Origin: Pseudomonadota bacterium
GTDB taxonomy: Bacteria > Desulfobacterota > Desulfarculia > Desulfarculales > Desulfarculaceae
Direction: 5' to 3'
DNA: 64,000 nucleotides
Assembly: GCA_018896025.1 (NCBI GenBank)
Contig: JAHIND010000004.1
Location: forward strand, 66,512-130,511
Each line of letters begins with the position of its first letter. Positions within the stretch are counted from its first letter, which is position 1. A program made the translations under genes and the position numbers. The notes beneath the pieces are model-generated. The model saw nothing but the letters and a program-made list of their open reading frames with translations. It searched no databases and was not told where the DNA came from. Shown here piece after piece: positions 54,475 to 63,969 of the stretch.

Positions 54475-56751
54475 TTACTTTATTTTATCCAAGGCCCGCA
54501 GCACCTTTTCGGGGGTGATGGGGGTCTCCATGCAGCGGTAGCCGGTGGCCTCATGCACCGCGTGGGTGATGGCTGGCGCCGTGGGGATGGCCAGGCCTTC
54601 GCCCGCCTCCTTGGCCCCGTAAGGCCCCTCGGGCTCGTAGGTGAACACGTCGGCCGACTCGCCGGGAGGCATGTCCTCGGCGGTGGGCATCTTGTAGTCC
54701 AGGAAGGTGGTGTTCAGGGTGCGGCCCTTGTCGTCCATAATGAGGTTTTCCATGAGCGCGTAGCCCAGGCCCATCTGGATGGCCCCCTCCAGCTGGCCCT
54801 CCACGGCCATCTTGTTGATGGGCATGCCGCAGTCGTGGGCGGTGTACATCTTCTCCACCTTGATCAGCCCGGTACCGGTGTCCACGTCCACCTCAGCGAT
54901 CTGGGCCCCGAAGCTGAAGGCCGGACTCACCAGGCCCTTGTTGCGCGGGGTGTAGAAGCCCCGGGCGGTGAGCGGCTCGCCCCGGCGGCCCCGGAGGGCC
55001 TTGTACACGCACTCGCCGAAGGTGATGCCCTTCTTGGGGTTGGCCTTTACAAACACTCGGCCGTCCTCAAAGGCGATGTCGTGGATCTGGTTGAGGTCCA
55101 TCTCCTCGAACAGCACCGGGATGAGCATTTCCTTTATCTTCTTGGCCGCGTCGATCACCGCGTTGCCGTTCATCAGGGTGACCCGGCTGCCCCAGGAGCC
55201 CAGGTCGGCCTTGGGGGTGGTGGCGGTGTCCATGGCGATGAGCCGGATGTTCTCGATGGGTATGCCCAGTTCGGCGGCCAGAATCTGGCGCATGGCCGTG
55301 TCCGGCCCTTGGCCGATGTCGCAGGCCATGGTGGCCAGTTGGGCGGTGCCGTCCTCATACACCGAGACCTCGGCCGCGCTGAAGTTGTACTTGGTGTTGA
55401 ACCAGTTGAACACCCCGCCGCTGATGAAGCTGAAGCAGCCGATGCCCAGGCCCTTGCCCTGCTTGGGGTTCTTGCGCTTTTCATCCCACCCGCTGATCTC
55501 GCGTACCTTTTCCAGGCACTCCTTGAACCCGCAGGAGCTGATGGTGGCCACGTCGGGGATCACGTCGCCGGTCTGCATGGCGTTGATGATGCGGATGTCG
55601 ATGGGGTCGATGCCCAGGTCCTCGGCGGCCATGTTCATCTGGGTCTCGGCCACGAAGGCGGCCTGGGGCGCGCCGAAGCCGCGCATGGCGCTGGCCGGGG
55701 GCTTGTTGGTGTACACGTGGCGGCCGAAGTAGCGGTAGGCCGGGTAGTTGTAGAGCATGTTGCCGAAGGTGCCGCACAGGAAGGTGGCCGTGGGGCCCAT
55801 GGCGTTGTAGGCCCCGCCGTCCAGCATCACCTGGAAGTCCTTGGCCAGCAGCTTGCCGTCCTTCGTAAAGCCCACCTTGGAGTAGATGCTCATGGGGTGG
55901 CGGCGGCGGCCGAAGGCCAACTCGTCGGCCCGGGTCAAGGTGAACTTCACCGGGCGGCCGGTGCGCATGGCCATGAAGGAGGCGCAGAACTCCCAGGGGC
56001 GAAGCTCCATCTTGCCGCCGAAGCCGCCGCCCACCTGCACCTTCATCACCCTGACGTTGTTCTCGGGCAGGCCCAGGGTGGAGGCCAGCAGGCACTGCAC
56101 GATGTAGGGGGTCTGGGTGGAGGTCCACAGGGTGACCCGGTTGGCCTCCTCGCTGTGGGCCACGCAGGAGCAGGGCTCCATATAGGCGTGCTGCACCGGG
56201 TGCACCTTGAAGGTGTCCTCGCGGATATAGTCGGCCTTGGCGAACATGCCCTCCAGGTCGCCGTAATCGATCTTGCGCACCAGGCTGACGTTGCCCTTGG
56301 ACTCGTCGTGGACCAGCCCCGCGCCCTCGGCGGTGGCCTCCTCCACGCTGAGGATCAGGGGCAGCTCCTCGTACTCCACCTCGATAAGGTCGATGGCATG
56401 TTGGGCGGTGTCCGCGTCGATGGCGCAAACCGCAGCCACCTCGTCGCCCACGAAGCGCACCTTGTCCACGGCCAGGGCCAACTCGTCCTGGCTCTGGGGC
56501 ACCAGGCGCCAGTTGCCGTACTTCACCTGGGGGATGTCCGCCCCGGTGATGACGTCCTTGACGCCGGGCAGGGCCTTGGCCTTGCTCACGTCGATGCGCT
56601 TGATTAGGGCGTGGGCCAGGGGGCTTCTGAGCAGCTTTCCGTGCAGCATGGCCGGCATCTTCAGGTCATCGGCGTACAGCGCCCGGCCGGTCACCTTGGC
56701 CGGGGCGTCCATGCGGGGAATGCTCTTGCCGATGATGGCGGGGTTTTTCAC
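54475..56751 (-). CDS. Xanthine dehydrogenase family molybdopterin-binding subunit
   Basis: GGGFGGK, AMRGFGAPQ, GSRVT, VEGQLEG, GAKEAGE. Confidence 0.92.
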   Translation of the reverse strand: MKNPAIIGKSIPRMDAPAKVTGRALYADDLKMPAMLHGKLLRSPLAHALIKRIDVSKAKALPGVKDVITGADIPQVKYGNWRLVPQSQDELALAVDKVRFVGDEVAAVCAIDADTAQHAIDLIEVEYEELPLILSVEEATAEGAGLVHDESKGNVSLVRKIDYGDLEGMFAKADYIREDTFKVHPVQHAYMEPCSCVAHSEEANRVTLWTSTQTPYIVQCLLASTLGLPENNVRVMKVQVGGGFGGKMELRPWEFCASFMAMRTGRPVKFTLTRADELAFGRRRHPMSIYSKVGFTKDGKLLAKDFQVMLDGGAYNAMGPTATFLCGTFGNMLYNYPAYRYFGRHVYTNKPPASAMRGFGAPQAAFVAETQMNMAAEDLGIDPIDIRIINAMQTGDVIPDVATISSCGFKECLEKVREISGWDEKRKNPKQGKGLGIGCFSFISGGVFNWFNTKYNFSAAEVSVYEDGTAQLATMACDIGQGPDTAMRQILAAELGIPIENIRLIAMDTATTPKADLGSWGSRVTLMNGNAVIDAAKKIKEMLIPVLFEEMDLNQIHDIAFEDGRVFVKANPKKGITFGECVYKALRGRRGEPLTARGFYTPRNKGLVSPAFSFGAQIAEVDVDTGTGLIKVEKMYTAHDCGMPINKMAVEGQLEGAIQMGLGYALMENLIMDDKGRTLNTTFLDYKMPTAEDMPPGESADVFTYEPEGPYGAKEAGEGLAIPTAPAITHAVHEATGYRCMETPITPEKVLRALDKIK

Positions 56752-57632
56752 GGCGTACCTCCTTTGGCCATGTCCAGGCTCTGGGTCAGCACCCGCTGGG
56801 CCAGCACCTGCACCATCGCCCGGCGATAGGCGGCGGTGGCCCTGAGGTCGTCTATGGGGCGGCTGGCGCGCACGCAGGCCGCGGCGGCCTGGGCGATCAG
56901 CTTTTCATCGGGGGTCTGGCCTTCCAGAATCTGCTCGGCCTCGGGACAGCGTAGCGGGGTGGGGCCCACCGAGCCCAGAGCCAGGCGGCAACGGATCACC
57001 CTGCCCTCCAGGTCCAGGTTCAGGAACCCGGCCACGCTCACGGCGGCAATGTCCACCTTGCTGCGGGCGCTCAGGCGCAGATAGCAGGAGCCGGAACGCG
57101 GGGACACGTCGGGCACCCGGATGGCTTCGACCATCTCGCCGGGCTCCAATACGGTGAGGCCGGGGCCGGTGAAGAAGTCGACCAGCTTGATCTGGCGGCG
57201 GCCACCCCGCTCAACGGCCACCACCGAGGCGCCGTAGGCCAACAGCGGTGCGGCGGTGTCCGCCGAGGGCGCGGCGTTGACCAAGTTGCCGGCCACGGTG
57301 CCCATGTTGCGGATCTGCACGGTGGCCATCACCGAACAGGCGTGGGCCAGGCCGGGGTACAGGCGGCGCACCTCGGCGTTTTTGCCCACCTGGCTGATGC
57401 GGGCCGCCCCGCCGATGACCAGGCCGTCGCCCCCGGCATAGGAGATGGTCTTGAGCCCGGCCACCCGGTTGAGGCTGACCAGGTGCTCGGGGGCCTGGGC
57501 CCCGGCGCGCATTTTGATGAGCAGGTCGGTGCCGCCGCAGAGCAGCTTTACGCTGGAGCGATGCCGCCCCAAAAGGTCCAGGACGGATTCCAGCGTCTTG
57601 GGCTGGTGCACTTGGAATTGAGGCATGGCCAT
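56748..57632 (-). CDS. Xanthine dehydrogenase family FAD-binding subunit (CoxM-like)
   Basis: GGTDL, ATVQIRNMGTVAGN, SAD; no Cys-rich [4Fe-4S] insert. Confidence 0.9.
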   Translation of the reverse strand: MAMPQFQVHQPKTLESVLDLLGRHRSSVKLLCGGTDLLIKMRAGAQAPEHLVSLNRVAGLKTISYAGGDGLVIGGAARISQVGKNAEVRRLYPGLAHACSVMATVQIRNMGTVAGNLVNAAPSADTAAPLLAYGASVVAVERGGRRQIKLVDFFTGPGLTVLEPGEMVEAIRVPDVSPRSGSCYLRLSARSKVDIAAVSVAGFLNLDLEGRVIRCRLALGSVGPTPLRCPEAEQILEGQTPDEKLIAQAAAACVRASRPIDDLRATAAYRRAMVQVLAQRVLTQSLDMAKGGTP

Positions 57633-57634
57633 GA

Positions 57635-58126
57635 CTAGCCCTCCTTTGCCGAGGAGGCCATCTTGTCGGCGGCCGCGCCGATGGCTTCGACGATTTTGTT
57701 GTAGCCGGTGCAGCGGCACAGGTTGCCGCTGAGCCCTTGGCGAATCTCTTCCTCGCTGGGGTGGGGATTCTCGTTCAGCAGGTGCTTGGCCGACATCACC
57801 ATGCCCGGGGTGCAGTAGCCGCATTGCACCGCCCCATGCTGCACGAAAGCGGCCTGGATGGGATGCAGCTCCTGGGGCGAGGTGGCCAGGCCCTCGATGG
57901 TGGTGACGTCGCGCTGGTGCGCTTCCACCGCCAGGGTGAGACAGGAGCTGATGCTCACGCCGTCCATGATCACGGTGCAGGCCCCACAATCGCCCTGGGC
58001 GCAGCCGATCTTGGTGCCGGTGAGCCCCAGGTCTTCCCTGAGCACGTCCACCAGCATCCGGTTGGGTTCGACAGCTACCTCGTAGCGATCGCCGTTCACT
58101 ATAAGCTCTATGTTCTGTTTGGCCAT
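57635..58126 (-). CDS. Xanthine dehydrogenase family [2Fe-2S] subunit
   Basis: [11 protein letters not shown]...SC; QCGYC...NLCRCTGY. Confidence 0.93.
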   Translation of the reverse strand: MAKQNIELIVNGDRYEVAVEPNRMLVDVLREDLGLTGTKIGCAQGDCGACTVIMDGVSISSCLTLAVEAHQRDVTTIEGLATSPQELHPIQAAFVQHGAVQCGYCTPGMVMSAKHLLNENPHPSEEEIRQGLSGNLCRCTGYNKIVEAIGAAADKMASSAKEG

Positions 58127-58167
58127 TCTCGACCTCCTTGCCCGGAGTTGGGGCCAATCTTCGTTGG

Positions 58168-58181
58168 ATTTGTGCACAAAT
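58168..58181. promoter_or_regulatory. Perfect 14-bp palindrome upstream of the xdh-like operon (operator candidate)
   Basis: ATTTGTGCACAAAT. Confidence 0.45.
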
Positions 58182-58275
58182 ATGCAGGCTTTTACCGCAT
58201 GACAGAAAAATATCACCACTAAGGCCCTGGGTCAAGCAAACTCTTTTACCTATTTAGCGTTCACCATAGTGAACA

Positions 58276-59070
58276 TTAGGTATTGCCGGGGGCCCCTGGG
58301 CGCAACTGCTGGGCCGGGGTGAAAAGACGGCGTCTGGCCAGGCTGACCGCCAACACGCTGCCCAGGGTGGTGGCGCCCACCAGCATGAGCATCACCACAA
58401 TCTGATATTTGATGGCCAACAGGGGGTCGGCCCCGGCCAATATCTGGCCGGTCATCATGCCTGGGATGAACACCAGACCCACCCCCATCATGGAGTTGAT
58501 CGAGGGGATCATGCCCGCGCGGATGGCTTCGGCGTTGATGGTCGCCGTGGCCTCACGGGGGTCCGCCCCCAGGGACAAGAGCAGCTCCACCTGGTCGCGG
58601 CGGTTGGCCATCTCCCCGAACAGGCGCTCCAGGGACAGGGCCATGGCGTTCATGGAGTTGCCCACCACCATGCCCCCCAGGGGCAGGAAATAGCGGGCGT
58701 CCCACCAGGGCTGGGCCTGCACCACCACTCCGGTCACCAGAAAGCTCACCACCATATAGGATAGAAGCATGGAGAGGAACACCGGCCAAAACACCGGCAC
58801 ACCCTTGCCCTTGACCCGCCCAGCCACGATGCGCGCCGCGAAGAAGATCATGCCCGCGAACAGCAGCAGCACCAGCCAGGCCTGATTGATGGCGAAGATG
58901 TAGAGAAGCACGTAGCCCATGAGGGCCAGCTGGGCCACGGTGCGCAGGGTGCCCACCAACAGGTCGCGGCCCAGGCCCAGCTTGAGCCAAAGCGAGGCCC
59001 CGCCCGCCAGCACCACGAAGCCCAGGGCAAGGGCCAGTTGCCCGTAGCCTATGTCCACCGCTCCGCTCAT
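58276..59070 (-). CDS. ABC permease, YbbM/FetB (UPF0014) family
   Basis: RTVAQL, PLGGMVVGNSMN, IPGMMTGQILAG...AIKYQI. Confidence 0.92.
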   Translation of the reverse strand: MSGAVDIGYGQLALALGFVVLAGGASLWLKLGLGRDLLVGTLRTVAQLALMGYVLLYIFAINQAWLVLLLFAGMIFFAARIVAGRVKGKGVPVFWPVFLSMLLSYMVVSFLVTGVVVQAQPWWDARYFLPLGGMVVGNSMNAMALSLERLFGEMANRRDQVELLLSLGADPREATATINAEAIRAGMIPSINSMMGVGLVFIPGMMTGQILAGADPLLAIKYQIVVMLMLVGATTLGSVLAVSLARRRLFTPAQQLRPGAPGNT

Positions 59071-59765
59071 GACCCTTCCTCGCGCAGACGGCCCTGCTCC
59101 AGGACCAGGCGGCGCATGCTTTGCGCCTGGGGCGGGGGCTGGTGGCTGACCATGAGCACCGCCCGGCCCTCCCCGGCCTGGGCCACGGCGGTGGCCTCCA
59201 CCAGCTCCTTGGACTCGGGGTCCAGGGCGCTCACCGGCTCGTCCAGGAGCAGCACCTGTGGCTCCAGCAGCAGCAGGCGGGCCAGGGCCAGGCGCTGGCG
59301 CTGGCCCAGGGAGAGCCCCTGGGCCAGGGCCCCCAGCTCCACCCCTTGCAGGCCCAGGCGGTCCAGAGCCCCGCGCAGGGCGGACTGGTCAGGAGCGGTT
59401 TGGCCCTGGGCGGCCTTGAAGCCGAAGGCCAGGCTGAGGTTGTGCTCCACCGTGCCCGGCAGCATCACCGGGCTCTGGGCCAACAGCCCCACGTGCCGCC
59501 GAAGCTGGGGCGGCTCCCAGGCGGCCAGAGGCTTACCCAGGAGGGTTATGAGCCCGCCGCTGGGCTCGGCCAGGCGGTTTATGAGTCGCAGGAGGGAAGA
59601 CTTGCCCCCGCCCGAGGGGCCGCGCAGCCAGGCCAGCTCGCCCGGCGCCAGGCTGAGCGACACACCCTCCAGCACCAGGCGGCCGTCCGGGGCCTGCCAT
59701 GAGACATTTTCAAGGCGAAGCAGGGCGGCGGCGGCCACGGCCTCTTGGGACAGCGGCTGAGGCAT
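59067..59765 (-). CDS. ABC ATP-binding protein (YbbL/FetA-like)
   Basis: GPSGGGKS, LSLGQRQR, LLDEPVSALD. Confidence 0.9.
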   Translation of the reverse strand: MPQPLSQEAVAAAALLRLENVSWQAPDGRLVLEGVSLSLAPGELAWLRGPSGGGKSSLLRLINRLAEPSGGLITLLGKPLAAWEPPQLRRHVGLLAQSPVMLPGTVEHNLSLAFGFKAAQGQTAPDQSALRGALDRLGLQGVELGALAQGLSLGQRQRLALARLLLLEPQVLLLDEPVSALDPESKELVEATAVAQAGEGRAVLMVSHQPPPQAQSMRRLVLEQGRLREEGS

Positions 59766-59768
59766 GGC

Positions 59769-60920
59769 CTATATCTTGACCAGGTTGTAGTCGCGCCGGC
59801 CCAGGCCGATCTCCTGGGCGTACTCCAGCTGAATCTGCCAATCCACCTTGGGGTAGAGGTCGTGGAACTTATCCTCGCCCGGGGCGTGGGCGTGCTTGAG
59901 CTCGGTGCCCGGCAGGCCGGGGGCCTGGTTCACCAGATCCACCGACGCCTGGTCTATGGCCACCACGTCGGTGGAGGCCAGGATGCCGATATCGGACACC
60001 ATGGGCGCGTCGTTGAAGGGGTAGCAGTCGCAGGCCGGACTGATCTGAGTGAGGAAGGAGAAGTGCACTGCCTTGTCCTGCTTGCCCGCCAGGACGCCCT
60101 TGGTGTAGGCCACCATGCGCCGCAGGAAGTCGGGGATCTGGGCGTCCCAGCCGATCTGGATGGCCTCCTTGGGGCAGGCCAGGATGCAGTCGCCGCAGCC
60201 GATGCACTTGGCCGGGTCCTTGCTCGCCTTCACCTCGTGGTTCTTGGTTCCCTTGGGGGCGGGCTCCTCCGGCCCGCGCCGCACGAACTTGATGGCCCCC
60301 ACCGGACAGCGCTCGATACAGCGGCCGCAGGAGATGCATCGAGTGGAATCGATGGAAGGGGTGATGTTGCTGTGCATGAACAGCTTGCCCCTGCGGCTGG
60401 CCGCGCCCATGCCCAGGTTCTTGATGGCCCCGCCGAAACCGGCCAACTCATGGCCCTTGAAGTGGCTAAGGCTCACCAGGCTGTCCGCCTGCACCACCTC
60501 GGCCCCGATCCAGGCCTCCTTGCACTCGGGCAGATCAACCGGCACGGCCACGGTGCTGTGGCCCCGAAGGCCGTCGGCGATGACCAGGGGCGCGCCCACC
60601 ACGCTGTAGGCGAAGCCGTTTTCCGTGGCGGTGACCAGGTGGCTCGGCGCGTCGGAGCGGCTGCCCACGTACAGGGTGTTGGCGTCGGTGAGGAAAGGGT
60701 GCCCGCCCGCGGCCTTGACCGCCTCCACGAAGCGGCGCGCGAACACCGGGCGGATGAAGGCGGTGTTGCCCTTTTCGCCGAAGTGCAGCTTGATGGCGGT
60801 GAGCCCGCCGGGCTTGACCGTGGCGGCCAGCCCCACCGCCTCGATGAGCTCGTCCAGCTTGCGCACCAGGGATCGTTTGATAGTGGCCCGAAGGTCAATG
60901 AAATACACCGTACTCGGCAT
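59769..60920 (-). CDS. DUF362 domain Fe-S protein
   Basis: IKLHFGEKGN, SHFKGH..AGFGGAIKNLGMG, two CxxCxxC...CP motifs, SPACDC. Confidence 0.9.
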   Translation of the reverse strand: MPSTVYFIDLRATIKRSLVRKLDELIEAVGLAATVKPGGLTAIKLHFGEKGNTAFIRPVFARRFVEAVKAAGGHPFLTDANTLYVGSRSDAPSHLVTATENGFAYSVVGAPLVIADGLRGHSTVAVPVDLPECKEAWIGAEVVQADSLVSLSHFKGHELAGFGGAIKNLGMGAASRRGKLFMHSNITPSIDSTRCISCGRCIERCPVGAIKFVRRGPEEPAPKGTKNHEVKASKDPAKCIGCGDCILACPKEAIQIGWDAQIPDFLRRMVAYTKGVLAGKQDKAVHFSFLTQISPACDCYPFNDAPMVSDIGILASTDVVAIDQASVDLVNQAPGLPGTELKHAHAPGEDKFHDLYPKVDWQIQLEYAQEIGLGRRDYNLVKI

Positions 60921-61020
60921 GGCTAGGCTCCTTTGCCCGCGTTGATTTATTTCGGCACATATCCAGGTTATGGGGTGGGGGCGGGGGTGTCAAGGCAGGC
61001 CAGACATTTTGACATTTTTG

Positions 61021-61048
61021 TTGACAAAATTAATTTACTGCATACTAT
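61021..61048 (+). promoter_or_regulatory. Sigma70 promoter of the fic gene
   Basis: TTGACA (61021-61026)-N16-TACTAT in an AT-rich stretch. Confidence 0.55.
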
Positions 61049-61086
61049 AACTACTGTGATTAACTAATAATACTTGTGACATTTTT

Positions 61087-62229
61087 ATGGACAAAAATAC
61101 TGTCAGAAAAGTCATGACCTTCAAGTCGGGCCAGTTCGCCTTCAGCGCGAACTATGACCGCGTGGGGCTAACCCCTCTAATTATTGAAGCCAGGGTGCTG
61201 CGCCAGGCGGTGGAAGACTTGCCCGTGCTCCCCGCCGTGGCCTCAAGTCTTGAGGAAGAAACCATCAGGCGCTCCATCTTCAGCACCGCCGCCCTGGAAG
61301 GCAACCCCCTAAACGAGGAACAAGTAGCCGAGGTCTTGGACCAAAAACACGAGCACGCGCAACGAGAACAGGCGGAGAACGAGATAAGTAATCTGAAGGT
61401 GGCCTATTTGGCCTGCCGGGAGCTGAAAATTTCTGATGAAGAATTTCGAATATCAGAGAATCTGATTAAAAGCATACATAAAACCATCACTCATGGGCTT
61501 GAACATCCAACTAACACCCCCGGTGTCTACCGAGAGCATTCGGTCAAAGTAGGCAACCGGGAGCATGGCGGAGTCTACACCCCACCCAAAATCCTACCTG
61601 ATATCGAAAAGTTGATGGGGGAATTCATAAGCTGGATCAACTACGAAAGCCTGTTGAAAAAAGAACCTCTGCTCCGGGCGGCCCTGGCTCATTTTCATTT
61701 CGCGGCCATCCATCCTTTTGCTGACGGCAACGGGCGCACCGCTCGCTTGCTGGAGTCAGTTATCTTAAGAGCCGACGGCGTCCGCTATGTCCCGGCCATG
61801 CTTTCAAACTACTATTACAATCACATGGATGAGTATTACTGGGCCTTCTCACGCTCTGAGAGGAACAAGGAAAACGACCGCACGCCCTTTGTCGAGTTCG
61901 TGCTTCAGTCCTTCATCGCCTCCTTGCGGGAAATTCAAGGAAAACTGACCACCGTGATACGTCAACTGGCCATGCGGGATTATATTTTCTTCCTCCGTGC
62001 CAAAAAGGAAATAACTCAGCGACAAGCCGACCTTCTTAATCTACTTATCGAGCATCCCAGGCAGCTCTCATTGCTTAATTTGTCTACGGACTCAATTTTA
62101 AAGCCCTTATATCGGCAAGTAACCGGACGCACTGCCAGACGTGACTTGGACAGGTTAAAAGAAAAAGGGCTGCTACTGGAAAACAATAAGCTCTACCGGC
62201 TGAATTTGAATCTCCTGGACCATACTTAA
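61087..62229 (+). CDS. Fic-domain protein (class II, intramolecular inhibitory helix) with C-terminal HTH
   Basis: HPFADGNGRTAR catalytic motif; STAALEGN fits (S/T)xxxE(G/N); AT-richer than flanks. Confidence 0.92.
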   Translation: MDKNTVRKVMTFKSGQFAFSANYDRVGLTPLIIEARVLRQAVEDLPVLPAVASSLEEETIRRSIFSTAALEGNPLNEEQVAEVLDQKHEHAQREQAENEISNLKVAYLACRELKISDEEFRISENLIKSIHKTITHGLEHPTNTPGVYREHSVKVGNREHGGVYTPPKILPDIEKLMGEFISWINYESLLKKEPLLRAALAHFHFAAIHPFADGNGRTARLLESVILRADGVRYVPAMLSNYYYNHMDEYYWAFSRSERNKENDRTPFVEFVLQSFIASLREIQGKLTTVIRQLAMRDYIFFLRAKKEITQRQADLLNLLIEHPRQLSLLNLSTDSILKPLYRQVTGRTARRDLDRLKEKGLLLENNKLYRLNLNLLDHT

Positions 62230-62243
62230 ACCAAAACAAAAAA

Positions 62244-62278
62244 AGCCGCCCCGCTCTGGCAGAATGAGCGGGGCGGCT
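62244..62278 (-). terminator. Intrinsic terminator of the minus-strand Fe-S operon
   Basis: AGCCGCCCCGCTC / GAGCGGGGCGGCT stem with A-tract at 62238-62244 (T-run on minus). Confidence 0.75.
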
Positions 62279-62300
62279 GCTGGGAGGTAGGGCTTGTCTC

Positions 62301-62777
62301 TCAGCTAACAAGCCCACGGAGGTTCGGTTTGGGTTTGGGCTTCACCAGCGCCGCCAGGCCGGTGAACATAAAGGCCATGGCGCTGCCCAGGTGGGTGAAG
62401 TCCAGCACCATGATCAGGGGCGGCGGCAGGAAGACGCCCGCGTTGCGCAGCACCTTGGCCGCGCCGGAGATCATCAAGAGCCCCAGCAGGGTCCAGCCCC
62501 ACCAGGTGCGCGGGCCCCAGGACCAGGCCGCGCCGGTGGTGCGGGTGTCCAGGGCCAGGCGCCAGGCCAGCATGCCCAATAGCAGGGCTGCGGCCAGGTA
62601 GTGAATGTCGCTGGTGGCGTAGTAGTTCGCGGTCCATCCCAGGCCGGGAATGTCGGCCAAATAGTAGCGCTTGAATATGGGCATCTGGCCGAAGCCGCTG
62701 AACAGGGCGAAGCCCACCGCGATGCCGTAGAACCAGTGGGCCACCCGCCCGCCGGGGGAGTAGCTCATCGCGCTCAT
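62301..62777 (-). CDS. Small membrane protein, cytochrome b/b6-like partner of the 4Fe-4S protein
   Basis: Four hydrophobic segments with His residues (AHW, IHY, THL); FGQMPIFKRYY; ATGA coupling. Confidence 0.7.
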   Translation of the reverse strand: MSAMSYSPGGRVAHWFYGIAVGFALFSGFGQMPIFKRYYLADIPGLGWTANYYATSDIHYLAAALLLGMLAWRLALDTRTTGAAWSWGPRTWWGWTLLGLLMISGAAKVLRNAGVFLPPPLIMVLDFTHLGSAMAFMFTGLAALVKPKPKPNLRGLVS

Positions 62778-63892
62778 GATTGGCCTCCTTGCTCACTGGA
62801 TGGCTGCTCTTGAGGCGGTTGCTCGCTGGGCGGCTTCTTGCCGAAGAGGCGCGTAAACCCGGCGGCCAGCCCGGCTAGAGGAGCCAAAACCAGGGCGGTG
62901 GTGAGATTCTCGGCGCTTTCCATGCTGTTGGCCACGGGCCTCATGGGCGGACGCCCGGCGAATCCGGCCTTGCGGCGCTTGCCGCCCTGCTTGCCCGCCG
63001 CGCCCTTGCCCTTGCCCCCGCCGGGAGCGGCCGAAGCGTGGGCCTGGTCGATGGCCGCGCTCACCACGCTGAAGGGCACCGGCGAGACGTAGAGCGTGTT
63101 GGTGCCGCCGTTTTCCTCCAGGCCGTAGACGTAATCCCGCCACTTGTTGGGGTCCGCGCCATCGGCGGCGGCCTTTTGCCGGGCCATGGCCTCGGCCTGG
63201 GACAGCATCTGGGGCCTAAGGCCGATGCTCTGCACCTGCTCGGGGCATACCTGCACGCACTGGGGCTGCTTGCCCTCACGGACCAGGGGCAGGCAGCGAT
63301 GGCATTTGAACATAACCCCGTTGCCCGCGTAGCTGGGCATGATGTCCAGGTAGACTCCCACCCCGCTCTGGCGCTGGGGTATGTGCCAGGGACAGGCCTG
63401 CTTGCACTTGGCCCCGCCCAGGCACACGTCCGGGTCGATGTTCACGATGCCGTTTTTCTCCACCCGCCCGGCCCCGAAGGGGCACAGGTTGGTGCAGGGA
63501 GGGTTGACGCAGTGCATGCAGCGCCGGGGCACGTGCAGCTCCACGGCCTGGCCCTTGTGCTCAAAGTCCAGGTGCTCCACGTAGAGGAAGTTGTAGGGGG
63601 TCAGGCGGTCGGAGACATCCTTGCGCTTGCTCCAGTCCTGGGTGGGCACCCGGGCGGGAAAGGGCTTAGGCATGGGGCTCACCGGGTCGGGCACCGTGTC
63701 CTGCCAGGTCTCGCGGCAGGAGTCCACGCAGGCCTCGCAGCCGATGCACTTGGACAGGTCCAACACGGTGCACAACTCTTGGCCGCCAGCGGCCTTCACC
63801 GCCTGAGGCAGTACCACCCCGCTGGCCGCCACTCCGGCGGCCGCGGCCAGTCCCCCTCTCAGGAAATTTCTTCGACTAATGGCGTTGGCCAT
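62774..63892 (-). CDS. Tat-exported 4Fe-4S dicluster protein (HybA/NrfC-like)
   Basis: SRRNFL twin-arginine signal; CIGCEAC...C, CMHCVNPPC..LCP, CLGGAKC..ACP, CHRC...C..VCP. Confidence 0.9.
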   Translation of the reverse strand: MANAISRRNFLRGGLAAAAGVAASGVVLPQAVKAAGGQELCTVLDLSKCIGCEACVDSCRETWQDTVPDPVSPMPKPFPARVPTQDWSKRKDVSDRLTPYNFLYVEHLDFEHKGQAVELHVPRRCMHCVNPPCTNLCPFGAGRVEKNGIVNIDPDVCLGGAKCKQACPWHIPQRQSGVGVYLDIMPSYAGNGVMFKCHRCLPLVREGKQPQCVQVCPEQVQSIGLRPQMLSQAEAMARQKAAADGADPNKWRDYVYGLEENGGTNTLYVSPVPFSVVSAAIDQAHASAAPGGGKGKGAAGKQGGKRRKAGFAGRPPMRPVANSMESAENLTTALVLAPLAGLAAGFTRLFGKKPPSEQPPQEQPSSEQGGQS

Positions 63893-63953
63893 GTTTGATC
63901 CTTTTCGCTTTCGGTCTTGGCCCAGGGGCCGCTCAAAGCTTGCCCTGAGATAG

Positions 63954-63969
63954 AGCAAAGGCCGTGCCG
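63954..63969 (-). promoter_or_regulatory. Sigma54 (-24/-12) promoter of the 4Fe-4S operon
   Basis: Minus-strand CGGCACGGCCTTTGCT: GG-N10-GC, matching the TGGCACG-N4-TTGC consensus. Confidence 0.75.

Noticed and set aside
54475-58126. Annotation as CO dehydrogenase (coxSML) or 4-hydroxybenzoyl-CoA reductase (hcrCBA)
   Set aside because: The diagnostic AYRCSFR loop and the HcrB [4Fe-4S] insert are both absent.
58182-58210. Sigma54 promoter for the xdh-like operon
   Set aside because: GG-to-GC spacing is 9 nt rather than the required 10.
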